Shown: positions 19,823-29,040, counted from the first letter of the stretch. The stretch: 64,000 nucleotides of DNA from Oscillospiraceae bacterium (GCA_031255415.1 JAIRSO010000020.1:27405-91404); one strand, 5' to 3'. A program made the numbers and translations. Notes: generated from the sequence alone by a model not told the origin.

Positions 19823-21226
19823 ATGCGCAACGAAAACCGCGCCAGCGCGAAACTATGGGGCGGCGGGTTCGACCGCGAGACCGACGCTTGGATGGATGAT
19901 TTCCACGCGTCGATCCGGTTCGATCGGCGGCTGTACCGCCAGGATATTCAAGGCTCGATCGCGCACGCGACGATGCTCGGCGAACAGGGGATCATATCCG
20001 CCGCGGACGCGCGCGCGATCGTTGACGGCCTGCGCGGAATCCTATCCGACGCGGACGCGGGCAGGATAGCCTGGCGCGTTGACGCGGAGGATATCCATAT
20101 GAATATAGAGGCCTTGCTGACGGAGCGGATCGGCGAGGCGGGCAAGCGCCTGCATACGGGGCGCAGCCGGAACGATCAGATCGCGCTGGACACGCGCATG
20201 TACGTTAAGGACGCGTGCGGCTCGTCGATATCGCGGCTGAAAACGCTGGCTGAAACGATGCTGTCCATCGCGCGCAGGCATACCGAATCGATCATGCCGG
20301 GCTACACGCATCTTCAGCGCGCGCAGCCGGTCACGCTAGCGCATCACATGATGGCGTATGTCGAGATGGTTCTGCGCGACATGGAGAGATTCGCCCGCGC
20401 GAGGGACGCGGCGGACGTGTCGCCGCTGGGCAGCGGCGCGCTGGCTGGTACGACGTATCCGCTGGATCGCGCGAGGGTGGCGGAGCTGTTGGGTTTCTCG
20501 CGGATCAGCGCGAACAGCCTGGACGCGGTGTCGGATCGGGATTATGTGCTGGACACGATGTACGCCTGTTCGGTGTGCATGATGCATCTCTCCAGGTTGT
20601 GCGAGGAGCTTGCGCTATGGTCGTCGCTGGAGTTCCGCTTCATTACTATATCGGACGCGTACGCGACCGGCTCCAGCATGATGCCGCAAAAGAAAAACCC
20701 CGACGCGGCGGAGTTGATACGAGGCAAGACGGGGCGCGTGTACGGCGGACTGCTCTCGCTGCTCGTCACGATGAAGGGGCTTCCGCTGGCGTACAACAAG
20801 GATATGCAGGAGGACAAGGAGCCGCTGTTCGACGCGCTGGATACGCTGGATAACTGCGCGCGCATACTGGAGCGGATGCTGGCGACGGCGGCGTTCCACA
20901 CCCAGCGCATGGCGCGGCGCGCGTCGGACGGGTTCACGAACGCGACCGACGCGGCGGATTATCTCGCCGGGAAGGGCATGCCGTTCCGCGAGGCTCACGA
21001 AGTCGTAGGCGGGATAGTGCGCGCGTGCGCCAGCCGCGAGTGCGGCATAACCGACTTGACGCTGGACGAACTGCGCGAGTTTTCTCAGCTGTTCGACGAG
21101 GACGCGTATGAAGCTTTATCGATGAAATCCTGCGTTGCCAGGAGAAATTTGCCAGGCGGTCCGGCTGCGGAGTCCGTCGAGGCGGCGATGCTCGAGGCCG
21201 TTAAGCGGCTGGCGGAGTTTTGTTAA
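19823..21226 (+). CDS. argH: Argininosuccinate lyase
   Basis: KLWGGGF N-terminus and fumarate-lyase signature GSSMMPQKKNPD. The ATG at 19823 follows GAGGTG; an alternative GTG is at 19814. Confidence 0.93.
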   Translation: MRNENRASAKLWGGGFDRETDAWMDDFHASIRFDRRLYRQDIQGSIAHATMLGEQGIISAADARAIVDGLRGILSDADAGRIAWRVDAEDIHMNIEALLTERIGEAGKRLHTGRSRNDQIALDTRMYVKDACGSSISRLKTLAETMLSIARRHTESIMPGYTHLQRAQPVTLAHHMMAYVEMVLRDMERFARARDAADVSPLGSGALAGTTYPLDRARVAELLGFSRISANSLDAVSDRDYVLDTMYACSVCMMHLSRLCEELALWSSLEFRFITISDAYATGSSMMPQKKNPDAAELIRGKTGRVYGGLLSLLVTMKGLPLAYNKDMQEDKEPLFDALDTLDNCARILERMLATAAFHTQRMARRASDGFTNATDAADYLAGKGMPFREAHEVVGGIVRACASRECGITDLTLDELREFSQLFDEDAYEALSMKSCVARRNLPGGPAAESVEAAMLEAVKRLAEFC

Positions 21227-21246
21227 TGGTAAATTTCGCTAATGTG

Positions 21247-21275
21247 TTGACAGGCTCTGACGAATGTGATAATAT
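21247..21275 (+). promoter_or_regulatory. Near-consensus promoter with extended -10, heading a leader of about 410 nt
   Basis: TTGACA (21247-21252), 17 nt, TGA-TAATAT (-10 at 21270-21275). Confidence 0.65.
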
Positions 21276-21690
21276 ACCATTATTGCAAGTCGTGTCCGGA
21301 AATGACAAATGTTAGGGAATCGCGTTCATGCTCATATGCCGGATGGGCTGGCACTTACGATGGCGTTGCGTGGTCCGCTGGGGGGAGGGGACTGTTAGCG
21401 TTATCGGTTGGCAAGGTCAGGCGCACCTGCCAGGTGACAGGCGCATTATGGCGTGGTATTCTCATCCTCGAGGGCGTCAGATGCGGCTGTAGTGATATCC
21501 CTGGAATACGAGCTGTTCGACGCAAGCCGGGCGGCGGGGAGGTGGAGTCGGCACGGCCGCGGATGGCTGCCTGAATTAACTGTGGACACGAATCAACAGA
21601 CAATGGCGGTATCCCAAAACCGGGCGCTGGAGCGCCTAAATCTATCGCAGAAGATTGCCGGGCATGGATATGCCAAATGAAGGAGGAACT

Positions 21691-22224
21691 ATGAAAAAGA
21701 ACATCAAGGTTGCGTCATTGCTGATGGCGCTGATGCTGTTGGTAAGCACGAGCGCGTTTGCGACGAGCCCGACGCTCATTGATCTGTACTCGCTGCCAGG
21801 CGTAAACGGGCAAGTATCGGATAACGGCTCCGTATCCGGCACGCCGGACGCGGCAACCGCCGCAGCCGCCGAAGCGGAACTGAGCAAAGCGTCGGCAGTA
21901 GCCGGCATCGCGTATTTCAGCCCGACCGTCCGCGCGCAGATCCTGTCGTTCGGACCGGTAACGACCATTGCTGAAATCATCCCCGTCAAGTTTGGCGGCA
22001 CGTTCAGCAGCGGCAGATTCCAATGGAGCTTCGGCACCAACTTCAAGCTCGGCCAACCCGTTGTTATCGTTCTGGGCGTTGTTAGCGGCGGAGCCGTCGG
22101 CTGGCATCCCGTTGGCGCGAAGGTTGTCAAGGATCCCTTCTCCGCGTATGCCACCCGCGTAGAGTTCACCGTTCCGCAGAACATCTACACGCTCAGCCCG
22201 ACCCTCCTGGCCGTCGTATATTGA
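21691..22224 (+). CDS. Small secreted protein of unknown function
   Basis: AGGAGG RBS. Signal peptide MKKNIKVASLLMALMLLVSTSAFA. No recognisable domain. Confidence 0.6.
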   Translation: MKKNIKVASLLMALMLLVSTSAFATSPTLIDLYSLPGVNGQVSDNGSVSGTPDAATAAAAEAELSKASAVAGIAYFSPTVRAQILSFGPVTTIAEIIPVKFGGTFSSGRFQWSFGTNFKLGQPVVIVLGVVSGGAVGWHPVGAKVVKDPFSAYATRVEFTVPQNIYTLSPTLLAVVY

Positions 22225-22286
22225 TCGAACGGCTGGATAGCTTAAGCTGATTACAATATCGCGGCGGCTCTACAGTAGCCGCCGCG

Positions 22287-23336
22287 ATGTCTGGAAAGTT
22301 TATGGATAAGAAACGTTTTGATCGCAAGTCGCTCATCATAACCCTGGTCAGCCTCGTGCTGGTTGCCGTCGCGCTGGTGACGGTTTATCGCTACGCGCGC
22401 GGGCTCGAAGTAGCGGCGTATCCGACAGTCGAGATGAAGGGCTATTCGTCCTTGAACACGTTCGCGCGCCGCGTAGCTTACAAGGATAAGGAATACGTTT
22501 ATAAAGACGATATAACAACGATATTGTTCATGGGTATTGATAAAACCGGGACGGATACAGAGGAAAGCCTGCTCTATAGATACCGCAGCGGCGGACAGGC
22601 CGACTTCCTGATGCTGTTCGTGGTGGATCACAGCAACAAAAGGATAGAACGGCTGATGATCGACCGCGACACGATGGCGGAGATTACCACGCTGGGCGTG
22701 CTGGGCAATGTGACGGGCACGCGTATCCAGCGCATTACCCTGTCCCACGCCTTCGGCGAAGGCGGACAACAGAGCGCGGAATTGACCGTCGAGGCCGTCA
22801 GCCGCTGGCTGCTGGGGATAGGCATAGATTTCTACGTGGCAATGAATCTGGACGGCATCCCGCTGCTGAACGATTCCGTTGGCGGCGTTACGGTTACGCT
22901 GGAGGACGACTTGACCCAGTTCGATCCCGATTTCGTTCCGGGCGCGACCGTCACACTGCACGGCGAACAGACCGCTTGGTTTGTGCGCACGCGCATGACG
23001 ATCGGCGACGGCACAAACGAGTCGCGCATGAGGCGGCAGCGCGCGTACCTGAACTCCCTCGCCGACAATATATCGGAAAAGGTGCACGCCGACGTTAATT
23101 GGATCGACAGGCTGTTCGACGCGCTGGGGGATACTCTGGTATCCAATATGTCGCGCGGGCGCATGGTCAACGAGGCTTATAAGGCGATGAGCTACGAGGC
23201 GGGGCCGATGGAGACCCTGCCGGGCGAGCACGTCGTCGAGCCGGACGGGTTTATGGCCTTCTGGCCTGACGAACAGGCGACGACCGAATGGGTGCTGGAA
23301 ACGTTCGCTGAAGAAGTGGCGGCTGTCACAAAATAA
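22287..23336 (+). CDS. LytR-CpsA-Psr (LCP) family protein
   Basis: N-terminal TM anchor and LCP core (ILFMGIDK, ADFLMLFVVD, DRDT). The ATG at 22287 lies inside hairpin 22258-22288, so the ATG at 22302 is an alternative start. Confidence 0.85.
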   Translation: MSGKFMDKKRFDRKSLIITLVSLVLVAVALVTVYRYARGLEVAAYPTVEMKGYSSLNTFARRVAYKDKEYVYKDDITTILFMGIDKTGTDTEESLLYRYRSGGQADFLMLFVVDHSNKRIERLMIDRDTMAEITTLGVLGNVTGTRIQRITLSHAFGEGGQQSAELTVEAVSRWLLGIGIDFYVAMNLDGIPLLNDSVGGVTVTLEDDLTQFDPDFVPGATVTLHGEQTAWFVRTRMTIGDGTNESRMRRQRAYLNSLADNISEKVHADVNWIDRLFDALGDTLVSNMSRGRMVNEAYKAMSYEAGPMETLPGEHVVEPDGFMAFWPDEQATTEWVLETFAEEVAAVTK

Positions 23337-23355
23337 AAAATAGGTTGGGATAATT

Positions 23356-24180
23356 ATGCCAGAGAATGTAGCGGATCTGAAGGATATCGGGCTGCGGCAA
23401 GCGGATATGCGCGAAGTCGCCGGGCAGGATACTGAATCGGAGATAGACCTGCTGGAGTTGTTCTATCGCATGATAGAGAACATCTGGTATATCGTCGGCG
23501 CGGCTGTAACCGCGGCGGTGCTGGTGGGCATATACAGCTTTTTTATCGCGCACCCGATATACGAGTCTACCGCGAAGATATACGTGATGACCAAGGACTC
23601 CGCGCTGAACCTGCAGGACCTGCAGATCGGCTCCCAGTTGACGAACGACTATCAAGAGCTGTTCAAGGTGCGCGAGGTAAACGAGGAGGTCATCATCCGG
23701 CTGGCTCTGCCTTACACGGTGGACGAGCTGGGCAAGATGATCACGCTCACCAACCCCGCCAACACGCGCATACTCTACATATCCGTGCGCTCGGAGGACG
23801 CGATGGAGGCGATGAGCATCGCCAACTCGTTCTCCTCGATCGTCCGGCAGACGGTCAAGGAGCGGTTCAAGATGGAGGAACCGACCGTGCTGTCCGAGGC
23901 GCAGGAGTCGCTGATACCCGTAAGCCCGAACAAGACGCGCAACGTGATCATTGGGGGCGTGGTGGGCGCGTTCGCGGCGATAGGCGTGATATTCCTGATG
24001 TTCGTTATGGACGATAAGGTAAAATCCTCCGACGACCTGGCCAAGTACGTCGGGGTACCCACGCTGGCGGTCATGCCGATGCTGGGCGCGACGCACGCGC
24101 ACCACGGTTACTATACCTCGCGCAAGGCAAAGACCGTTAAAATCGATAGGGCTAAGGATGGAAAGGAAGGCGCGGCATGA
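23356..24180 (+). CDS. Wzz/CpsC-type polysaccharide chain-length determinant (tyrosine kinase modulator)
   Basis: Two TM segments flank an extracytoplasmic Wzz-like domain. Sits directly upstream of the kinase gene and overlaps it. Confidence 0.8.
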   Translation: MPENVADLKDIGLRQADMREVAGQDTESEIDLLELFYRMIENIWYIVGAAVTAAVLVGIYSFFIAHPIYESTAKIYVMTKDSALNLQDLQIGSQLTNDYQELFKVREVNEEVIIRLALPYTVDELGKMITLTNPANTRILYISVRSEDAMEAMSIANSFSSIVRQTVKERFKMEEPTVLSEAQESLIPVSPNKTRNVIIGGVVGAFAAIGVIFLMFVMDDKVKSSDDLAKYVGVPTLAVMPMLGATHAHHGYYTSRKAKTVKIDRAKDGKEGAA

Positions 24181-24902
24181 AGCAGGCCGACATAACGCAA
24201 CTCCCGGAGCTGGATTATCCTTGTACTGAAGCGCTCAACACGCTGTGCACCAATCTATCGTTCGCGGGTCCGGACATCAAGAGCGTGATGCTGACAAGCT
24301 GCCGCTCGGGCGAAGGCAAGTCATTCCTGACTCTAAGCCTGATGCGCGCGCTGGCGGGGCTGGGCAAGTCGGTCGTGATGGTTGACGCGGACATGCGCCG
24401 CTCGATGCTCATCAGCCGCTACGGCATCCGCACCGCGCACCGCCCGCAAGGACTGGCGCAGTATCTCGCCAGTCAATGCGAATGCGCGGATATATTATAC
24501 CAGACCAACATACCCAACGCGTACATGGTCTTTCACGGTCACGAGGTCGCGAACTCGCTCGCGCTGCTGAACACGCCGCGTCTGCCGCAGCTTATAGAGT
24601 ATCTGAAATCCAACTTCGATCTGGTGCTGTTCGACTCGCCGCCCATCGGCCTGATAATCGATTCGGCGGAGATAGCCAGACATATCGACGGCACGGTCTT
24701 CGTCGTAACCAACAACACGATAGGCCGCCGCGAACTGCTCGACGCTAAGACGCAGATAGTCAAGACCGGCTGCCCGATCCTGGGCGCGGTGCTCAACAAG
24801 GTGCTGTTCGATACGCACAGCGCGAAGAAGCATTACTACCGAACGTATTACAGCCACTACAGCAGCGGTTACTACGAGAAGAAGCAAGCCGCGAACGAGT
24901 GA
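24177..24902 (+). CDS. CpsD/CapB-type BY-kinase (tyrosine-protein kinase)
   Basis: Walker A SCRSGEGKS, Walker B LVLFDSPP, and the C-terminal tyrosine cluster YYRTYYSHYSSGYY. Confidence 0.85.
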   Translation: MKQADITQLPELDYPCTEALNTLCTNLSFAGPDIKSVMLTSCRSGEGKSFLTLSLMRALAGLGKSVVMVDADMRRSMLISRYGIRTAHRPQGLAQYLASQCECADILYQTNIPNAYMVFHGHEVANSLALLNTPRLPQLIEYLKSNFDLVLFDSPPIGLIIDSAEIARHIDGTVFVVTNNTIGRRELLDAKTQIVKTGCPILGAVLNKVLFDTHSAKKHYYRTYYSHYSSGYYEKKQAANE

Positions 24903-24912
24903 CGATCGATGT

Positions 24913-25620
24913 GTGATAACTATGCCGCTTGCTGATATTCATTGCCATCTGCTGCCCGGGCTGGACGACGGTTCCCGGGACTGGGATACAACGGAAGCGA
25001 TGCTGCGCCGCGCCCGCGATAACGGGATCACGAGGATCATCGCCACGCCTCACGCCGATCCGGCTGTGAAGGCGTTTCCGCTGGATAGGTATAAGGAAAC
25101 GCTGGACAAGGCGAACGCGTTAAGCCTGAAGCTGGAACTGGGCATAACGCTATATCCTGGATGCGAGATCATGTATGCCGAGGGCGTGACGGAGCGGATG
25201 CTCGAGGACGCGAGGATACCAAGCCTGGCTGGATCGAGGCATGTGCTGGTTGAGTTTTTCCCGGACGTGAAGTATGACGCGATACTGTCCGCGATACGCC
25301 GCCTGGCGTATGTCGGGCGGATCGCGGTGCTGGCGCATATAGAGCGGTTCGAGTGCCTGTATAAAAGGTTTGAGCGCATAACCGAGCTGAAAGCGGCGGG
25401 CGCTAAACTACAGGTCAATTGCGGTACGATAATAAAGCCACCGGGATTCTTCGCTAAACGCTATATAGATAAACTGCTGGGCGATGGGCTGATCGACTAT
25501 CTAGCCACGGACGCGCACAGCGACGGCATGCGCAGGGTCAACGCCAAGGAAGCGTACGACGCGATTGCCGAGCGCTTCCCCGGCAGCGAGCGATTGTTCG
25601 ACGCTAAAGGGATCCTGTAA
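24913..25620 (+). CDS. CpsB/CapC-type PHP-family protein-tyrosine phosphatase
   Basis: DIHCHLLPGLDDGS motif and a later ATDAHS motif. An alternative ATG is at 24922. Confidence 0.85.
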   Translation: MITMPLADIHCHLLPGLDDGSRDWDTTEAMLRRARDNGITRIIATPHADPAVKAFPLDRYKETLDKANALSLKLELGITLYPGCEIMYAEGVTERMLEDARIPSLAGSRHVLVEFFPDVKYDAILSAIRRLAYVGRIAVLAHIERFECLYKRFERITELKAAGAKLQVNCGTIIKPPGFFAKRYIDKLLGDGLIDYLATDAHSDGMRRVNAKEAYDAIAERFPGSERLFDAKGIL

Positions 25621-25629
25621 CGGTTGGAC

Positions 25630-26466
25630 TTAGTCCGCCTCGGTTTGGCTGCTTAATGTGAAGTTCAAGCCCTTGCCGTCTTGCAAATCCTGAAGCAGGT
25701 TTGTCTCGATTTGCTCTTGTCCGCAAAGATAACCGTCGGCAAGGAACACGATCGGCACCGTGCGGTTTTCGTCGGGCACGTCGTACCGATCGAATAATTC
25801 ATACAATATGTCGCGCACGTTGCCGGATCGCGTGTTGAGTAGGATGACGTCCAGCGGTGCGTCAGTGCCGTCCGCTTGAACGGTTTCCGGCAGAGAATCG
25901 ATGAACGGCTTCGTTGCTCCGCATTCGTCGCAGGTGATCCGGTAGAAATACAGCGCCGTCGAGTGTTCGGGGTTTATCGCGATACGCGCGAAGATATCCT
26001 CCGGTTCGGTCAGTTTGTTGTAGACGTATTCGTTGACGAATATGTCCTCGCCAGCCGTGAGGAACGCCTCGCGCAGATTGGACCGGATCGACTCGATTCC
26101 GGAGAACAGCTTGCTGTTGATCATCAATACTGGATAAGATAGGTTCTCCGTCGAGTGTCCGAACCGCGCGAGCGTGTCCGCGAACGTCTCCTTGCCTCCG
26201 CGCTGATAGATATTGTACGGATAAATCTTCACGGGGTAAAGCGCCCGGTCTTCAGGGGTAAGCTCTTCATTGTAGAGGTCGATGAATTCCTTAGCTCCGT
26301 CGCACGATCCGCATACCGTCTCGTGAAAATAATACAACTCGATCGCCTCGGGCAGGGTGGCGGCCTCTTCCGCGACCGACCGCTGCGCGGGCAGCGCGCC
26401 CACCAGGCACATCGCCGCCAGCGCCGCAGCCAATACTCGCGGACGTATATTACGATATAAACGCAT
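25630..26466 (-). CDS. Secreted protein with two thioredoxin-like CxxC modules
   Basis: Signal peptide MRLYRNIRPRVLAAALAAMCLVGALPA. Duplicated modules YYFHETVCGSCDGAKEFIDLY and YFYRITCDECGATKPFIDSL. AGGGGA RBS before the ATG at 26466. Confidence 0.6.
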   Translation of the reverse strand: MRLYRNIRPRVLAAALAAMCLVGALPAQRSVAEEAATLPEAIELYYFHETVCGSCDGAKEFIDLYNEELTPEDRALYPVKIYPYNIYQRGGKETFADTLARFGHSTENLSYPVLMINSKLFSGIESIRSNLREAFLTAGEDIFVNEYVYNKLTEPEDIFARIAINPEHSTALYFYRITCDECGATKPFIDSLPETVQADGTDAPLDVILLNTRSGNVRDILYELFDRYDVPDENRTVPIVFLADGYLCGQEQIETNLLQDLQDGKGLNFTLSSQTEAD

Positions 26467-26514
26467 TCGATCATCCCCTTTCATATATAACGATACCGCG
26501 CGCGCAATCCTTCA

Positions 26515-28239
26515 TCACGCCGTTTCGATCTTCGCCGCGTCTTCGAGCCGCAGGCGCTCTATGCCCCATTCGCGCAGTTTGTACTTGAGTATCTTCCCAG
26601 CGGCGTTCATGGGCATCTCGTCGATGAACTCCACATACCGGGGCGACTTGTACCGAGACATGCCGTTCCTCACAAACTCGATCAATTCCGGCGCGGTAAC
26701 CTCCGCTCCCTCGCGCAGCGCGACGAACGCCAGCACCTCTTCGCCGTACTTCGCGTCCGGCACGCCCACCACCTGCACGTCCCGCACCGCCGGGTGCGTA
26801 TACATGAACTCCTCTATCTCTCTGGGATATATATTCTCGCCGCCCCGGATGATCATATCCTTCAGCCGCCCCGTCACCTTAAAGTACCCGTTCGGCATCC
26901 TCACCCCGATATCCCCCGTGTGCAGCCAGCCGCTCTCGTCGATCACCGCCCTTGTCGCCTCCGGCATCTTGTAATAACCCTTCATTAGGTTATACCCTTT
27001 GCCCACGAACTCGCCGGGCGTGCCGTCCGGCTGCTCGACGTTCGTCTCGGGATCGACGATCCTCACCCGCGCGTGCGGCAGCGGGAACCCCACCGTGCTC
27101 ACCCTAAGCTCCGCGGAGTCGTCCGCGCGCGTCTGCGTCATGCCGGGCGAGGTCTCCGTCTGTCCGAACACAATCGTCAGCTCGGTCAGATGCATCTTGT
27201 TGATCGCGTCCCGCATCGACTTGATCGGGCAGGGCGAACCCGCCATGATCCCCGTTCTCAAGCGCGAGAAATCGAACTGATCGAAACGCGGATGCTCGAG
27301 CATCGCGATGAACATCGTCGGCACCCCGTGCACCGCCGTGCATCTCTCGGCGACAAGCATCTCCATCTCGCGCTCTGGATGGAACCGTTCCATCAGCACC
27401 ATGGTCGTGCCGTGCGTCAAACTGGACATCACGCCCAGCACGCACCCGAAACAGTGGAACAGCGGCACCACGATCAGCAGCCGATCCTTCTCGCTGAAAC
27501 GCATCCTATCGCCCATGCCGAATCCATTGTTTACCAGATTGTAATGCGTCAGCATGACCCCTTTCGGGAACCCGGTCGTGCCGGATGTGTATATCATGCT
27601 GATGGTATCGTAAGGCGATAGCTCCACCTTCCTACTGTTGAGCGCATCGGCGGAGACCGTTTCCGCCAGCCTATACAACTCGTCGAAGTGCCTGAATCCC
27701 GGCGGCGTGTCCTGTTCGTCTCCAATATACACGACGTTCTTTAAGCAGGGCAGTTTCGCGCTGTTCAACTCGCCCGACTTCAACTCTTTCAGCTCAGGAC
27801 ATATACCGTTTATATGATCCGTATAGATATTGTCGCGCACCTTGCCGATCATCACCAGCGTGTGCGTGTCGGATTGGCGCAGCAGATACTCCAGCTCGAA
27901 TTGTTTATAATTGGTGTTGACGGTGACCAATACCGCGCCCATCTTCGCCGCCGCGAACTGGATCAGCATCCATTCCGGCACGTTCGTCGCCCAGATGGCT
28001 ACCTGGCTATCCTTGCGCACGCCCAATGCCATCAGTCCGCGCGCTATTTCGTCCGTGCGCCGCGCGAACTCGCGCCAAGTCCAGCGCGTTCCATGCTCCG
28101 GCGCGACTATGCATTCGTTATCCGGGAAACGCTCCGCCATCCGATCCAGCATGTCGCCGATGGTAATCTCTACCAAAGGCCGCTCCCGCGACGGGCTTTG
28201 CTCGGCGGCAACGCTGCAGGCGCTGTCTGTACTCCGCAT
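26515..28239 (-). CDS. AMP-forming acyl-CoA synthetase (FadD/ACSF2-like)
   Basis: Motifs MIYTSGTTGFPKGV, HTGD, GGENIYPREIE and GKILK. AAGGAGGGG RBS before the ATG at 28239. Confidence 0.85.
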   Translation of the reverse strand: MRSTDSACSVAAEQSPSRERPLVEITIGDMLDRMAERFPDNECIVAPEHGTRWTWREFARRTDEIARGLMALGVRKDSQVAIWATNVPEWMLIQFAAAKMGAVLVTVNTNYKQFELEYLLRQSDTHTLVMIGKVRDNIYTDHINGICPELKELKSGELNSAKLPCLKNVVYIGDEQDTPPGFRHFDELYRLAETVSADALNSRKVELSPYDTISMIYTSGTTGFPKGVMLTHYNLVNNGFGMGDRMRFSEKDRLLIVVPLFHCFGCVLGVMSSLTHGTTMVLMERFHPEREMEMLVAERCTAVHGVPTMFIAMLEHPRFDQFDFSRLRTGIMAGSPCPIKSMRDAINKMHLTELTIVFGQTETSPGMTQTRADDSAELRVSTVGFPLPHARVRIVDPETNVEQPDGTPGEFVGKGYNLMKGYYKMPEATRAVIDESGWLHTGDIGVRMPNGYFKVTGRLKDMIIRGGENIYPREIEEFMYTHPAVRDVQVVGVPDAKYGEEVLAFVALREGAEVTAPELIEFVRNGMSRYKSPRYVEFIDEMPMNAAGKILKYKLREWGIERLRLEDAAKIETA

Positions 28240-28269
28240 ATGAAGTCCCCTCCTTATATCCACGCATAC

Positions 28270-28552
28270 AAAAAACCCCCGTCCTTATACAGAGACGAAG
28301 GCGACTTCGCGGTACCACTCTGCTTGACGCGCGAACGCGCCCAGCTCCGTCCATCGCTGCGCCATCCCGGCGCGATTATCGCGGGGTACGCAACGACAGC
28401 CTCTTTATAACGGTAGAGTTCCGTCCGGCGCTACTTGGGCTTACGCCCGTTGGTCCGACCGCTCCGGGGCCAGTTTCGACGAGCCGCGCCGCCGCCTCGC
28501 ATCATCCGGCGGCTTTCTGAGCCGCGCCAGCGCTCCGTCTACTACTCCCGTT
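28270..28552 (-). promoter_or_regulatory. T-box leader (tRNA-sensing transcription attenuator) upstream of the acyl-CoA synthetase gene
   Basis: On the minus strand the T-box core AGAGUGGUACCGCG lies at 28308-28321. The antiterminator is AGAG[UGGUACC]GCGAAG-UCGC-CUUCGUCUCU. It competes with the terminator CCUUCGUC-N10-GACGGGGG plus U6 (28270-28301). Stem I base is AACGG/CCGUU (28548-28552 / 28409-13), with GAGUAGUAG on the 5' side and GGAACUCUA in the specifier loop. Confidence 0.85.
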
Positions 28553-28587
28553 CCTAGCGTTTAAGTTATGAAATGACGATAACCCGC

Positions 28588-28944
28588 CTACGCGCGCCTT
28601 TCGGTGCGCTCCTTGATCTTAGCCGCTTTACCGGACAGCCCGCGCAGATAATACAGCTTCGCGCGGCGCACCTTGCCCCGACGAACCGCCTCTATGCGAT
28701 CCACGCGCGGCGAGTGCAGCGGGAATGTGCGCTCGATGCCCACGCCGTAGCTGACGCGCCGCACCGTGAACGTCTCGCGCAGCCCTCCGTTGCGCTTCGC
28801 GATGACCGCGCCTTCAAACGCCTGCAGACGCTCGCGGCTGCCTTCGACCACCTTTACCCATACGCGCACCGTATCGCCCACGTCAAAGCGCGGTATGGAC
28901 GACTTGATCTGTTCGCGCTCAAGCGCGCGGATTACTTCCTGCAT
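28588..28944 (-). CDS. rplS: 50S ribosomal protein L19
   Basis: Typical L19 sequence ([28 protein letters not shown]...G). Confidence 0.95.
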   Translation of the reverse strand: MQEVIRALEREQIKSSIPRFDVGDTVRVWVKVVEGSRERLQAFEGAVIAKRNGGLRETFTVRRVSYGVGIERTFPLHSPRVDRIEAVRRGKVRRAKLYYLRGLSGKAAKIKERTERRA

Positions 28945-29040
28945 GATGAACAGCGCCTCACTTTTATGTTGGGGAGTTTAGCCCCGGTTGCCTGATTCGG
29001 AGCAAAACAGCGTTGCGCCCAGAGTCAAGCCGTACTAAGG

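Noticed and set aside
21300-21560. Partial resemblances to known riboswitch cores: GACGCAAGCC against the c-di-GMP-I GACGCAAAGCC, and TAGGGAATCGCG / GGTCCG against the ykkC guanidine-I motif.
   Set aside because: Only short fragments match. The partner helices and other conserved elements of these classes could not be found by eye, so no riboswitch class is claimed.
21266-21574. 102-aa ORF (and the 21453-21680 ORF) inside the long leader upstream of the secreted-protein gene.
   Set aside because: It starts inside the -10 element of the promoter, has no RBS, and has no recognisable domain. It is treated as non-coding leader.
28945-29040. Possible L19 ribosomal-protein leader (autoregulatory RNA) upstream of rplS.
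   Set aside because: I see only a short GGGG-CUAAACU-CCCC hairpin and cannot match the Rfam L19 leader consensus from memory. It is left as an unannotated leader.
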